Source: Candidatus Anstonellales archaeon
GTDB taxonomy: Archaea; Micrarchaeota; Micrarchaeia; Anstonellales; CG1-02-47-40
Direction of reading: 5' to 3'
Assembly: GCA_038869735.1 (NCBI GenBank)
Contig: JAWCQO010000005.1
Span: 7,538-71,537 of the forward strand
Length of the DNA stretch: 64,000 nt
Shown: one piece after another, positions 35,003 to 45,149 of the stretch
How positions within the stretch are numbered: the first letter of the stretch is position 1
Layout of the letters: every line of letters begins with the position of its first letter
Notes under the pieces: generated by a model
Databases searched by the model: none
What the model was told of the DNA's origin: nothing
Seen by the model: the letters and a program-made list of their open reading frames with translations, nothing else
Position numbers and translations under genes: made by a program

Positions 35003-35744
35003 GCGGCTTGGACAGAATTTTCTTTGCAATGAGGATATACTTGAATTTGAAGCTAGTCTTGTTGAGATAAGTGGAAAGAGAGTCATTGAAATTGGCGCAG
35101 GCGATGGAAGACTTTCAAAGAAACTTGTTTTGAAAAACCCAAGCAGGCTTGTACTAATTGAAAAAGATAGGAATCTTGCGCGAGTACTTGAAAGTGAGTT
35201 TAAAAATATGAGTAATGTTTCAATCTTAAACTGTGATGCGCTTGAGGTTGATTTCTCTCGATTTGATGTTGTGTTTGGGAATATACCGTATAGTATAAGC
35301 TCTCCGCTTCTGTTTTTGCTTGCAAGGCAACAAATTAATAGAGCGGTATTATGCTTGCAAAAGGAATTTGCTCTCAGACTTGTGGCAAAGCCAGGAACAA
35401 AGGAATATGGAAGACTGTCGGTAACTGCAGGGCACTGTTTTAACAGCAGAATAATGCGCATTGTTCCTGCCGAAGCGTTTAGACCAAAGCCAAAGGTAGA
35501 TTCAGCAATAGTTATGCTGGAGCGACGAGGAGAGGCGCTTGGAGATGAAGAGTCTGATTTCATCAGGAAGATATTTTCTTATAAAAAACAAAAGGTGAAG
35601 AATGCAATTAAGCATGCATTTCAAACTCTTGGCTCATCGGTTCTTGAGATGCTGCCCCACAAAGACAGAAAGGTTTATACACTCAATATAGAAGAAATAA
35701 GAGATGTGTTCTGGAGCTTGAAAGCTTATGGGAAAACGGATTAA
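34971..35744 (+). CDS. ksgA: 16S rRNA (adenine1518/1519-N6)-dimethyltransferase KsgA/Dim1
   Basis: LGQNFL; the SAM motif VIEIGAGDGRLSKKL; NIPYSISSP. Confidence 0.85.
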   Translation: MVGRKQDVADKRLGQNFLCNEDILEFEASLVEISGKRVIEIGAGDGRLSKKLVLKNPSRLVLIEKDRNLARVLESEFKNMSNVSILNCDALEVDFSRFDVVFGNIPYSISSPLLFLLARQQINRAVLCLQKEFALRLVAKPGTKEYGRLSVTAGHCFNSRIMRIVPAEAFRPKPKVDSAIVMLERRGEALGDEESDFIRKIFSYKKQKVKNAIKHAFQTLGSSVLEMLPHKDRKVYTLNIEEIRDVFWSLKAYGKTD

Positions 35745-36063
35745 GCTGGTGGATATGCACAAGAGGCACAAAAAAAAATTTAGAGGGAGGCTCTCTTCTT
35801 ACGTACTTGTTGTTTTGGGGTCGTTGAGTTTTTTTCTTTGGGCTTATGGGAAAATAGATGTTATAATTCTCTCGGCCGTGTCAGTTGTTTTAATTTTTTT
35901 GGGCTTTATTGTATGCGCCTATATGCATTTCTGGTCAAGGGTTGCTGGGGTTTTGGGGGTTTTGCTGGCGCTTGTTCCTGTAGTGATTGAGAAAATGCCT
36001 TATTGGGAATATGTAGTACTTTTAGGAACTGCTATTGGATGGTGGGTTTGGAAGCACGATTAG
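35728..36063 (+). CDS. Small membrane protein (3 TM)
   Basis: Hydrophobicity only. Confidence 0.4.
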   Translation: MGKRIKLVDMHKRHKKKFRGRLSSYVLVVLGSLSFFLWAYGKIDVIILSAVSVVLIFLGFIVCAYMHFWSRVAGVLGVLLALVPVVIEKMPYWEYVVLLGTAIGWWVWKHD

Positions 36064-36066
36064 ATG

Positions 36067-37146
36067 TTACTTTTTCTTGTTACTTTTTTCCTCTTTTGGA
36101 GTTAGGAGAGACATTATTTCTCTTGATTTTTTCTCAAAATCCTCTCGCAGTTTATCTATTTCGTCTAGTTGTTTTGAGGGGGAGCTGGTAACTTTGGGGT
36201 ATGTAGAAGGTTCTTTTTGTTTGGATACTTTTAGACCCGCAGTGTATCTAGAGGGAATCCCTTTTTCTATTTTGGGTTTGGAAATGCTCGAGCTTTTTTT
36301 AGCAAGTAGGTCTTTTAAAAGGGAAATGCTTTCAAACAGGCTTTTCTTAGATGAACCGAATCTACGAGCATAATTCTCTATTTTTGAAAGTGTGCGCGAG
36401 CTAGATAAATAAGTTGCTGAAATATCGCTATCGGTTTTGGCCGCTTTTACCTTCGCTATTTCTTTTGCAAGCTTTCGTTCATATTCGTCTTCTAGCGATT
36501 TTGCAATTGTAGAGAGCTTTCTTTGCGCCTCTTCCATTTCTTTTTTTCTTGCTTCTTCTGCCTCCTCCTTTAGGCGTTTTATTTCCTCGCTTAGCTTTGC
36601 TTCTTGTTCCGCTTTCAGTTTGTTTATTTCTCTTTTTAATCGTTCTATCTCCTTTTGGGCTTCTGAAAGATGAATTTCTTTTCTTGCAAGCTCTATATCA
36701 CCTAGGAGATCTTCTGGAGTGAGAGGCATGTCGTCGCGTTGTTTTTGGTATTTTTGTTGAGGTTGGAAGGTATCCGTTTCATTAGTCAATTCGATTTGTT
36801 CGGTTTGGTTTGCTTGCATGCTTGGCGTTGGTTTTTCCATTGGTTTTGGCGGAACAGTCAAGTATATCTCGTCAAGTATTATTTTCTTTGGTGAAGGTTC
36901 TTTGATTGGCTTGGTGGAGGTTATTCTTTGACTTACTTCTTGCGTTTTTGGTGCTTTTCCAAGGAGTGATTCAAGAGCATTGACACGTATTAGCAGATTC
37001 TGATAGATAATTGGCTCGGGCTGAAAAAAAGCAAGGGGAACTATCGGCTCGTAGCTTGTCGTTTTCTTTGGCGTTGTTGCTTTCTTCTCCATTTGTGCTA
37101 CCGCTTTGGAGAGTGATGCAAAATCTGTCTGGAATTGTTCTCCCAT
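36067..37146 (-). CDS. Lys/Glu-rich coiled-coil protein (359 aa), hypothetical
   Basis: Long KE-rich heptad stretches: EIERLKREINKLKAEQEAKLSEEIKRLKEEAEEARKKEMEEAQRKL. Confidence 0.5.
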   Translation of the reverse strand: MGEQFQTDFASLSKAVAQMEKKATTPKKTTSYEPIVPLAFFQPEPIIYQNLLIRVNALESLLGKAPKTQEVSQRITSTKPIKEPSPKKIILDEIYLTVPPKPMEKPTPSMQANQTEQIELTNETDTFQPQQKYQKQRDDMPLTPEDLLGDIELARKEIHLSEAQKEIERLKREINKLKAEQEAKLSEEIKRLKEEAEEARKKEMEEAQRKLSTIAKSLEDEYERKLAKEIAKVKAAKTDSDISATYLSSSRTLSKIENYARRFGSSKKSLFESISLLKDLLAKKSSSISKPKIEKGIPSRYTAGLKVSKQKEPSTYPKVTSSPSKQLDEIDKLREDFEKKSREIMSLLTPKEEKSNKKK

Positions 37147-37208
37147 ATAATTGAAGATGTGTAAGAAGAATTAATAAAGATTGAGTGTGATGAGTCAGAG
37201 GTAATAGT

Positions 37209-37694
37209 ATGGGCGAAGGATTATTCTATCCGCGTCAGGTTGTTCTTTTGACGTCCTCCTATCGCGGAAGAAGCAATCTCTCGTGTCTAGATGCAATCCT
37301 TCCAGTTGGCGACGGACCGGATTTTGTGGTTTTTACTCTTACAAAAAACTCATTTACGCTTGAACTTATCGAGAGATCAAAGGAATTTGTAATTGCAATT
37401 GTTGACGCAAGGTTTAAAGATGCAGTACGCCTTGCAGGAAGCGTTTCTGGAAATGTGGTGGATAAAGTCTTAGAGGCAGGGATTGTTACGGAAAGGGGAG
37501 CATATGTAAGTGCTCCCTACATTGTAGGTGCACTTGCAAATATAGAGTGCCGCGCTGTTGGAAGCTTTGAATGTGGAGAGCGCGCCATAATTGTTGGGGA
37601 GGTTCTAAAGATTAACAAGGAGGCGTCTGAGGGGAGGGAAAATTCAAAAAGTCTTTTTATAGATGTGGATGGAAGTTTATTTGAAGTTGGGTGA
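37209..37694 (+). CDS. Flavin-reductase-like (FMN-binding split-barrel) domain protein
   Basis: PRQVVLLTS.Y.GR.N...DAILPV...P..VVFTL ... pattern typical of the flavin-reductase-like family. Confidence 0.55.
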   Translation: MGEGLFYPRQVVLLTSSYRGRSNLSCLDAILPVGDGPDFVVFTLTKNSFTLELIERSKEFVIAIVDARFKDAVRLAGSVSGNVVDKVLEAGIVTERGAYVSAPYIVGALANIECRAVGSFECGERAIIVGEVLKINKEASEGRENSKSLFIDVDGSLFEVG

Positions 37695-38736
37695 AACAAG
37701 AGTGGTACAGGATCTGCAAGAGATAAGTGTGATAAAGCCAAACAAAACTGCCAAAGAAAGGCAGAGAGATGAGGAATGGGTAAGACAACAGATTGGTGAG
37801 GTTGGGATTGATATTTATAAACGAATTGAAGGGAAGCGTAAGTTTGTTGACATCGAACGCGAAGTTTTGCTGACTCAAAATGAGCTTGGCTCAATTCTAG
37901 CAAGCATGCAGGTTGGAGGAGTAATAAGAGCGCTCGATGATATGGGAAAACCTATTGAGCTTAACCGGATTTTTTTAGAGTATCGGCGTGATAGAGAAGT
38001 AGATGCAGGCGAAAAAGAGGAAATTAGAGAAACAAAAAAACGCATTAAAAGCATTTGGGGAGAAAAAGGCATCAGAATTTACGATAGCGTAGAAGGTGAT
38101 TCTGCATTTGAGGATATAGTAAGAAAAAGCGGTATCCCAGCAGATGAAACTAAAAAGATTATTTTTGAGATGGAACGTGAGGGGATAATAAGACTTGAAC
38201 GTAACAGAGAAACCGACACATCTGCAGTTTCTGTGAAGTACATAAGAAATCTTGGTCGAAATGCAATTGCCTATGCTAAATTTTTGTGGAACCCACTATA
38301 TTTTTTAGTAGTTTTTAATGCCATAATGCGGTTTGGGCTTGCGGCGCTGATAGTGTTTAAAATGATAAAAAAAGAGGCAACTGTTCCGGAGATAGCGGCA
38401 GAGGCTGGTATTAGTATAAAGCATGCGTTAAACATCATTGAATTTTTTGAAAAGAAGAAGATTGTGGCCATCCTGAGATTTGGGCGAGAAAAAATAAAAG
38501 AGAAGTATGGAGCAATTGGTGCGGAAATTTTGAAGTGTTTTGGTTCTGATGGAATGTTGATCTATGAGTTGTACAAAAGAGGAAAGACGCCATCTGAAAT
38601 AATAAAGCAGTCCGGGGTTTCTCCAAGCTGCGTTATTGAAATTATTGCATTTATAAATAAGTTATGTAGGATTCCCATTGATGCAGAAAAACTCTTGCGT
38701 TACGAACGATATAGAATTGAAATGGAAAGATCATGA
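37663..38736 (+). CDS. Hypothetical protein with several wHTH-like segments
   Basis: ORF; repeated helix-rich segments such as IAAEAGISIKHALNIIEFFEKKKIVAI. Confidence 0.45.
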   Translation: MWMEVYLKLGETRVVQDLQEISVIKPNKTAKERQRDEEWVRQQIGEVGIDIYKRIEGKRKFVDIEREVLLTQNELGSILASMQVGGVIRALDDMGKPIELNRIFLEYRRDREVDAGEKEEIRETKKRIKSIWGEKGIRIYDSVEGDSAFEDIVRKSGIPADETKKIIFEMEREGIIRLERNRETDTSAVSVKYIRNLGRNAIAYAKFLWNPLYFLVVFNAIMRFGLAALIVFKMIKKEATVPEIAAEAGISIKHALNIIEFFEKKKIVAILRFGREKIKEKYGAIGAEILKCFGSDGMLIYELYKRGKTPSEIIKQSGVSPSCVIEIIAFINKLCRIPIDAEKLLRYERYRIEMERS

Positions 38737-38767
38737 TGTGTTTGTTGGATTTGAGTTTGTTGGTTGC

Positions 38768-39886
38768 TCATTGGCTGGTTTGAGGTTTTTTGAAGTAGAG
38801 AGTTAAGATGTCTCCATCTTGCAGTGTGTGTGAGGGCCCAACCATTTGACCTTCAAAGCGAGCGGATGGGCCCCAAATTCTTGCAAACTGGAGGTCTTCT
38901 AACCGACTTTCCTGTATCCTTTTACATACATCCGCTACTGTTGAACCTGACGGTAGCATGAGGGGATATTGGATGTCTGCCTTGCTGCCTCTTGGCCTGG
39001 TATATACTCGGATTAGATTGAGTTTTTTGTATATCTCACGCTTTAAGAGGTCTATGTTGATGTTCTTTTCAACTGATATTGGGATAAAGTCAAATTGGAG
39101 GCTTGAGAGATAGTCTGGCGGCGCCAGATCAACTTTATTTATTGCTATTAAGCTTGGGATGTAGCACCTATTTCCTACGCAGATGTCGATAAGAGAATCT
39201 TCGTCTGCGTCTTCCCTAAACGTTATATGGGCGTTATGTATTTTGTATTCGTTTAGGATTCCTATTATTGTCTTTGGAGAGAGCTTTGTAAGCCTAAGCG
39301 TTGAGCTTATTTCTAAGCCTCCAGATGTTCTTTTTATTATTGATATCTTAGGTGGTGACTTGTCAAGTCGAATGCCCATTGCTTCAAGCTCATTTTTGAT
39401 TGGCTCGGGGTTCGGTTTAAATATATCAAGAAGGATGAGGATCAGGTCGGCACTCCTTGCCACTCCAATAACCTCTCTGCCTCTGCCTCGTCCTTCATGA
39501 GCACCCTCTAAGATGCCTGGAAGGTCCAGTAACTGTATTTTAGAACCCGCATATTCCATCGTTCCTGGGATGCAGGAGGTTGTAGTAAAGTAATGTGGCG
39601 CCGTCTTACTTGATGCGTTAGTAAGAGCATTTAGAAGGCTTGATTTTCCTACTGATGGCAAGCCTATTATCGCCACCGTTGCGTCGCCGGATTTTCTTAC
39701 AGCAAACCCTGTATCGCTTTTAGCAGATTTTTTTGGCGATGCAAGTTGTCGTTTGATATTCGCAATTTTAGCTTTCAATATACCGATGTGATATTCTGTT
39801 GCTTTGTTTTTCTGAGTGCGTCTGAGTTCTTCTTCAAGTTCCCTCAATTTGTCTGTAAGTCCCATACAGATATTAATATGGTTCAA
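38768..39886 (-). CDS. drg: Developmentally regulated GTP-binding protein (DRG/Rbg1 family) with C-terminal TGS domain
   Basis: AIIGLPSVGKSSLLNALT, HYFTTTSCIPG, IQLLDLPGILEGAHEGRGRG, NKVD. The start is probably MGLTDKLRE. Confidence 0.85.
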   Translation of the reverse strand: MNHINICMGLTDKLRELEEELRRTQKNKATEYHIGILKAKIANIKRQLASPKKSAKSDTGFAVRKSGDATVAIIGLPSVGKSSLLNALTNASSKTAPHYFTTTSCIPGTMEYAGSKIQLLDLPGILEGAHEGRGRGREVIGVARSADLILILLDIFKPNPEPIKNELEAMGIRLDKSPPKISIIKRTSGGLEISSTLRLTKLSPKTIIGILNEYKIHNAHITFREDADEDSLIDICVGNRCYIPSLIAINKVDLAPPDYLSSLQFDFIPISVEKNINIDLLKREIYKKLNLIRVYTRPRGSKADIQYPLMLPSGSTVADVCKRIQESRLEDLQFARIWGPSARFEGQMVGPSHTLQDGDILTLYFKKPQTSQ

Positions 39887-39909
39887 TGAAGATTTTATAG
39901 ATTGGGATT

Positions 39910-40305
39910 ATGGAAGTCGAAAAGGCTCTTGACGTACAGCAGAGAATCGAAAAAATTATTGATGCACTACGGCCAAAGGGGATAAACCAGTTTAGGATAA
40001 TCTGTATGCGGAGCCGGGGTTCAAGTTCAAGAGCCTATGCAAGAATATGGAGCATGCCCAAGATTTGGCAGAAAGCGCTTGACATAGGCACATTTTATGT
40101 TATTGAGGTCTTGAGTGAGAGGTTTGATGGACTGAGTGATGAGGATAAGACAAAGGTATTGATACATGAGCTTATGCACATACCGCAAACGTTTTCAGGT
40201 GCACTCCTTTCTCATGGGCATCGAGGTGGGAGGGGTGATTGGGAACGAGAAGTCGAGATGCTTTATAGGGAATACAGCTCACGCGTAAGATATATGAACA
40301 AATAA
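39910..40305 (+). CDS. Putative zinc metallopeptidase-like protein (HExxH)
   Basis: VLIHELMHIPQTF, a DUF45/SprT-like motif. Confidence 0.45.
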   Translation: MEVEKALDVQQRIEKIIDALRPKGINQFRIICMRSRGSSSRAYARIWSMPKIWQKALDIGTFYVIEVLSERFDGLSDEDKTKVLIHELMHIPQTFSGALLSHGHRGGRGDWEREVEMLYREYSSRVRYMNK

Positions 40306-40418
40306 GAGCTTGCTTTGATGGTGGGGCAAATTGTTAAGAATTGTTAAGAATTGTTTGGAATGTTGTTTGGGCTTCCGATGTTTGTTTAACGTTGTTTGTC
40401 TAAGTCACGATTGAAAAC

Positions 40419-41993
40419 TCAAAAGTCAGCATCAATCTCAAAGAGGGCTACTGGGTGTTCAATTGAAAGATTTTCCAAGACCTGTGGATGAATCTCGCCA
40501 ATCCTGCCGACAGATTTTCCTAATAAATTAATTGTGGCACAGCGGCCCTCAATAAATGTTGTGCCGGCAACTCCTTCTTCTTTCTTTAGGGTGTAGGTTT
40601 TGTTGCTCTCGCGCATCAGTAGCTCAAGCACAGACTTTATCTTTGAGAACGATGCGTTGTGAGACAAAATTGCAACGCATAGTTTCTCTTTTTCTTCTGG
40701 AACTGATACGGTACCAATCTCGTATATTTTTTGAGGCAATCGCTCGTTTTTGCTCTCTGAGAAGACGCGGAGTAATCCTGGGATTAGTGATGGGCGAAAA
40801 GTCGTGAAATCTTCTGTTAGAGGATTCTTTATTTTTACGCCTCTAGCATCTATTCCACAAAGTGACAACTCGTGGGGAGAGGTTAAGAGCCAGCTTTTTA
40901 TTTCAAGAAAACCTGCTCCCACGAGAATAGCGTTTGCTGGATGCTCATCTTTTGAGCTTCCGGTTGTCGATAGCTGGGGAAGTGTTGGAGTGAAGTTGTC
41001 GTATCCGTGAGCTATTGCTATATCTTCGTATATGTCCACTTCGTGCATTATGTCTGCGCGATAAGGTGGGACAAGAACCGCTGAAGGGCCGGCCAGAGAA
41101 TAGCCCATTTTGAGTAGATAGTCTTTAATTTGCGACTCTGTAAACTTTATTCCTAAAAGGCGCTCGCATCTTTTTATTGAAAATTTCTTTATGTGTGGGG
41201 TTAAGTTAGGAGTTAGTTCTTTTCCACATTTTATTTTTTTAATCTTGCCGCCACGGTCAGCTAACATGCAGACCAATATGTTGAGGGTTGCATGCACTGC
41301 ATCTTTTGAGGTGCCTGTTACGTCTATCAGTAAATTTTTTGTGTTTTCACTAACACGCGTAAGCTCTCCGTTTATTATTGGTGGAAAGGATAGGACGTTT
41401 TCGTCTGCGTCAGTAATTAGAGGACATTTTCTTCCTACAAGATGGCGGTATTCGATTCCTTTTGGATGTTCATGAAGAATTTGTTTTGGAGTCATTGGGG
41501 AGTGCATGTCAAGTGGCACAAATGAAACGGCTTCTGGGCTGCATGCAAAATACTTATAGGGTGGTTTGACGGCGTCTGCATTGTGTATTCCAATTGCAAC
41601 TTTTTTTCTTTTTCGTCCAAGTGTCTCGTGGAGCTTCTCCTGTATTTGGATTATTGATTTTATTGAATAGTCGTCAAGACTAACGCCATCCACTCTGGCC
41701 ATTGCAATAAATGGACGCACCCGCCGCACAGAAGTGTCTATTATGAGCTCGCCGGCAAGCCCTTCTTCTGCAACATATGTGTTTGGTGGTTTTCCAAAGT
41801 ATAGATTTAACGCCCGTGATATTCCTTCTGAAGAAAGCATATCTGGTCTGTTTGGAGTTATTTCAAGATGAAGCTCGTCCTTGTCTGCTCTGTTTGTTGG
41901 TACTCCTAGAAGCGGAAGAGTTTGTAGTATATCTTCTTCGGAAAGTCCTGTCTGGTTTTGGATATCTCTAAGTGAGGTAGTTATCTGCGCCAT
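40419..41993 (-). CDS. pheT: Phenylalanyl-tRNA synthetase beta subunit (archaeal form)
   Basis: N-terminal ITPNRPDMLSSEGISRAL; B3/4 and B5 domain-like regions; 524-aa length. Confidence 0.85.
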   Translation of the reverse strand: MAQITTSLRDIQNQTGLSEEDILQTLPLLGVPTNRADKDELHLEITPNRPDMLSSEGISRALNLYFGKPPNTYVAEEGLAGELIIDTSVRRVRPFIAMARVDGVSLDDYSIKSIIQIQEKLHETLGRKRKKVAIGIHNADAVKPPYKYFACSPEAVSFVPLDMHSPMTPKQILHEHPKGIEYRHLVGRKCPLITDADENVLSFPPIINGELTRVSENTKNLLIDVTGTSKDAVHATLNILVCMLADRGGKIKKIKCGKELTPNLTPHIKKFSIKRCERLLGIKFTESQIKDYLLKMGYSLAGPSAVLVPPYRADIMHEVDIYEDIAIAHGYDNFTPTLPQLSTTGSSKDEHPANAILVGAGFLEIKSWLLTSPHELSLCGIDARGVKIKNPLTEDFTTFRPSLIPGLLRVFSESKNERLPQKIYEIGTVSVPEEKEKLCVAILSHNASFSKIKSVLELLMRESNKTYTLKKEEGVAGTTFIEGRCATINLLGKSVGRIGEIHPQVLENLSIEHPVALFEIDADF

Positions 41994-42141
41994 CGTATCA
42001 TATTCTATTTTAAGAGAAGAATTTTAAATGTGGAGTAAATCAAGTAATACTTTTTTTATTTTGGATAGAAGGTTGAGGCGCTCCTTTATAACAATAAAAG
42101 AAAGGTCCTTCTGCTTTGATTTTAAGGTTCTGAAATAGAGT

Positions 42142-42858
42142 TCAGGGATTTTCTGCTTTTGCAATATAACCGCCTTTTAGGAGCCTATCAAGTGCTTGTT
42201 CAACGCGGACTTCGGAGACGCCGTGTGCCTTCGAAAAGGAACTTATACGTATTCTACCACCATGTATCTTTATCCAATCAAAAACCATACATTCAAGCTC
42301 AGTGTCGGATATTCCATCAATTGAATCAAGACGTTTTTTTAGTATTGAATTTGTTTTTTCAAGTTCCATTCTGATTGAGCTTTCCTTTTCCAATAATTGC
42401 GACATTGTCTTGTACTCTTTAGATAGGCGTCTGCATTCTGCTGTCAATTTTTCACATTGGTTGGAGAGGATTTCCTGCTGGGTGTTTGTAAGCTTAAGAA
42501 GATGGTCTATTGGACCTCTGAGGATGGAATGGGCTTGTGAAAGAGGTATATTATAGCAGTTGCAGATGGCGAGTATGTCAAATAAATTAAGTAGCATTGA
42601 GAGGCGACGCGTGAGGTGTCTCTCTGATTCAGTTGTAAATTCAAGTTCAAATCCAGTGGGCATTAAAGAAAGAGTCCAAAAAGCGCGTGGATTGCCAATG
42701 AAGTCTTGTGATTCTACATGGGTTATACTAATAGTATCTGAACTCTTTAATGGGCGAAAGCCGATGGAGGAGAGGTTCTTAATTAGTTCGTCTGCGTTTT
42801 TTGTGCGCTTGCATTTGAGGCTAATTTTTTCTGTTTGTAATTTCAATCTAATCACCAT
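42142..42858 (-). CDS. Hypothetical protein with a C-terminal winged-helix, co-operonic with the VirB4-like ATPase
   Basis: C-terminal HGGRIRISSFSKAHGVSEVRVEQALDRLLKGGYIAKA; it overlaps the ATPase stop. Confidence 0.5.
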   Translation of the reverse strand: MVIRLKLQTEKISLKCKRTKNADELIKNLSSIGFRPLKSSDTISITHVESQDFIGNPRAFWTLSLMPTGFELEFTTESERHLTRRLSMLLNLFDILAICNCYNIPLSQAHSILRGPIDHLLKLTNTQQEILSNQCEKLTAECRRLSKEYKTMSQLLEKESSIRMELEKTNSILKKRLDSIDGISDTELECMVFDWIKIHGGRIRISSFSKAHGVSEVRVEQALDRLLKGGYIAKAENP

Positions 42859-44347
42859 CCAAAGTTAGTGTTGCGAGTTTATCAGCATCGGCTCCGAGAC
42901 GAGAACGCTGAAGGGTAGAAAAGAGGCTTAAAAGTGATGCCTCTGGCGCTCCGAGTTCTCTGAAGAGTGATAGAATCCGTGTTCTTGCAAAACCATATTT
43001 TTCGAGTAAGGAGACGAGTTCCTGTGCAGGAATAGTGTTGCCAGACAGTGAAAACCTTAAAAGGATCTCTGAAACCTGTTCGTCTTGAAGGCCGAATAAG
43101 TGTAGCTTTCGCCTCAGCTCTTCTTTTTCAAATTCGAATTTCATTCCATCACCCCGCAGAGATAGGAGCACGAAAGGCTCTTCACCATCAATTTTTTTTA
43201 TTATAAACGTTGTCGAGCTCGTTGTTTTTTCTTTCCGTATTAGATGAACTGCGGCTGACCCAACGTTGAAGGTTGATATCTGTTTGGCTATTTCATCAGA
43301 ATAAGCTAAGGAGGAGCGGACGTAGTCTTTGTATTCATGAAGAAGAAGACGAAAGATGAAAATTGTTCCTGCATTTGAGAGGATTGTTTTGCTTATATCG
43401 GTTGGATTTTGCGATGCCACTATGAGAGAGAAGCCGTACTTTCTTCCTTCTCTTATCAGAGAAACGGCATCGCTCTTTTCATCTTGAGCTATTTTCCATG
43501 CTTCGTCAAGCACAACAAACAGCCTTATTTTATCTTCTTGAGTTGGTTGGCTGCGCATTAATTCAATTATGAATTGGAGGATAGTGAGGCCGGCTAGGCT
43601 TCTTGATTGCTCTGAGGGTAAGCTATGGAGGTCTACGCATACTAAGCCTGAAGAAGCAAGCTGTAAAATGCTAGTTGTAGATTTTCCAAAAAAGAAGTTC
43701 TGGTTTGGGGAACATAGTTTCTCAAGTCGGTATATGCATTCTTCAATATCGTCCTTTTTCTGTTCACTTTTTGCTTTCTTCAAAAAAAAGTGAAGATGGT
43801 CAAAAACATCTGCAATTGTAGGGACTCTGTTTTTTGAACATTTATATGCCTGGCGAAAAGCTTTCTCAGTTATTCTTTTTTGTGATGGATAGTTGGAAAT
43901 GTCTGTGAGTATTTCAAGCGCATCTATTATCTGGGTTATTCGTTCCTCCTTTTCTCCTATGCAGTCAAGAAGGTTGAGGCTATGCCCTTCCTTAAAGCTT
44001 ATTATTTTTCCACCAACTTCCCGTACCCATGGCACATATTCTCCTGACCAATCAAGAATTAGTGCGTTTGCGCCCCAAACGAGACTTGCCCTTACCAGGA
44101 ATGTCTTTATAAGGTAGCTCTTCCCGCTTCCGGATATACCTAAGATTACTATGTGTGGATTTGCAAGGAGTGCCGGATTCCAGAAAAATGGGGTTGAAAA
44201 AATAGAGGTTCTGCCAACGTAAATTGAATTTGAAGGGTTGTTTGAAAGGAAGGTAATGGGAGGTTCCTCTTCTGAAAAAAAGATCTGTCTACTATCAAAA
44301 TCAGAGGTAAAAAACCTCTCTAAATTGATATTACCCATATTAAGCAA
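42848..44347 (-). CDS. VirB4/TrbE/HerA-like (DUF87/AAA_10) P-loop ATPase
   Basis: Walker A ILGISGSGKSYLIK; Walker B LFVVLDEAWKIA (the DEAW box typical of VirB4); an Arg-finger region. Confidence 0.75.
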   Translation of the reverse strand: MLNMGNINLERFFTSDFDSRQIFFSEEEPPITFLSNNPSNSIYVGRTSIFSTPFFWNPALLANPHIVILGISGSGKSYLIKTFLVRASLVWGANALILDWSGEYVPWVREVGGKIISFKEGHSLNLLDCIGEKEERITQIIDALEILTDISNYPSQKRITEKAFRQAYKCSKNRVPTIADVFDHLHFFLKKAKSEQKKDDIEECIYRLEKLCSPNQNFFFGKSTTSILQLASSGLVCVDLHSLPSEQSRSLAGLTILQFIIELMRSQPTQEDKIRLFVVLDEAWKIAQDEKSDAVSLIREGRKYGFSLIVASQNPTDISKTILSNAGTIFIFRLLLHEYKDYVRSSLAYSDEIAKQISTFNVGSAAVHLIRKEKTTSSTTFIIKKIDGEEPFVLLSLRGDGMKFEFEKEELRRKLHLFGLQDEQVSEILLRFSLSGNTIPAQELVSLLEKYGFARTRILSLFRELGAPEASLLSLFSTLQRSRLGADADKLATLTLDGD

Positions 44348-44348
44348 C

Positions 44349-45125
44349 TCAGGATGTTTCCTCTTTTATTTCGGTAGCTGTTTCTGGGATTGCGTACTCC
44401 CATTCAAAGCACTTTTTCATTTCTTCTCCGCGTAAAATTGAAACCCGCGCAGAGAGCGCGTTTGCGAATATTGCTTTTATTTCGTTTGCTTGTGAACGTG
44501 ATTTGGTTTGAGCTTCTTCGAAGCTATCACCATATGCTGTTGTTGAGACAAACGCTAACGATTGGATTGGCTTCTCTCCATTTGCAAGTTTGTTTATTTG
44601 TGAGGTCCACATCGAAATCTCGCGCTCGAGAACCGCTATTTGGGCGGCATTTTTGTGTTGATCAAGAAGCAGTTGTGACTTCTTATTCTCAGCCAGACTT
44701 CTCCGTGCCTTTAGCTCATCTAAAACTGATGAGAGGTCTGGATTATAGAGAAGTACGGAAAGTTTGCAGGGTGAACGTATTGAAGATATTGCTTTTGCAA
44801 AGCTTGAGCTGTTGGGTTGGGCTGTTGGTTGTACTGGCTCAAGATTAATTGAAAGAAATGTTGTTGCAAGATAGCCGTTTTGTGTTTTCTTGACAAGAAC
44901 GTCTTGACTCGGCGGTATCTGAAATTCGCCTATTCTCTCCTTTAGCCCTAATCCAAGGAATATGGACGGCATTATTGCATAGCCATACTTCCAAAGAAAA
45001 AAGGAAATTGACAATAAGAAGGCGCAGAGAAACGCAAAGAAAGCTGAGCCGACAGAGATAGATAGAAGGAGGGAAATTGCCGAACCAGCGATACAGATTA
45101 GTGCTATGGACCGTGTGCCTATCAA
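44349..45125 (-). CDS. Membrane protein (2 N-terminal TM) encoded immediately upstream of the VirB4-like ATPase
   Basis: N-terminal double TM; coiled-coil-like C-terminus; 1-nt gap to the ATPase. Confidence 0.5.
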   Translation of the reverse strand: MIGTRSIALICIAGSAISLLLSISVGSAFFAFLCAFLLSISFFLWKYGYAIMPSIFLGLGLKERIGEFQIPPSQDVLVKKTQNGYLATTFLSINLEPVQPTAQPNSSSFAKAISSIRSPCKLSVLLYNPDLSSVLDELKARRSLAENKKSQLLLDQHKNAAQIAVLEREISMWTSQINKLANGEKPIQSLAFVSTTAYGDSFEEAQTKSRSQANEIKAIFANALSARVSILRGEEMKKCFEWEYAIPETATEIKEETS

Positions 45126-45149
45126 AAAAAGCCCCGGACAGTTTAATGT

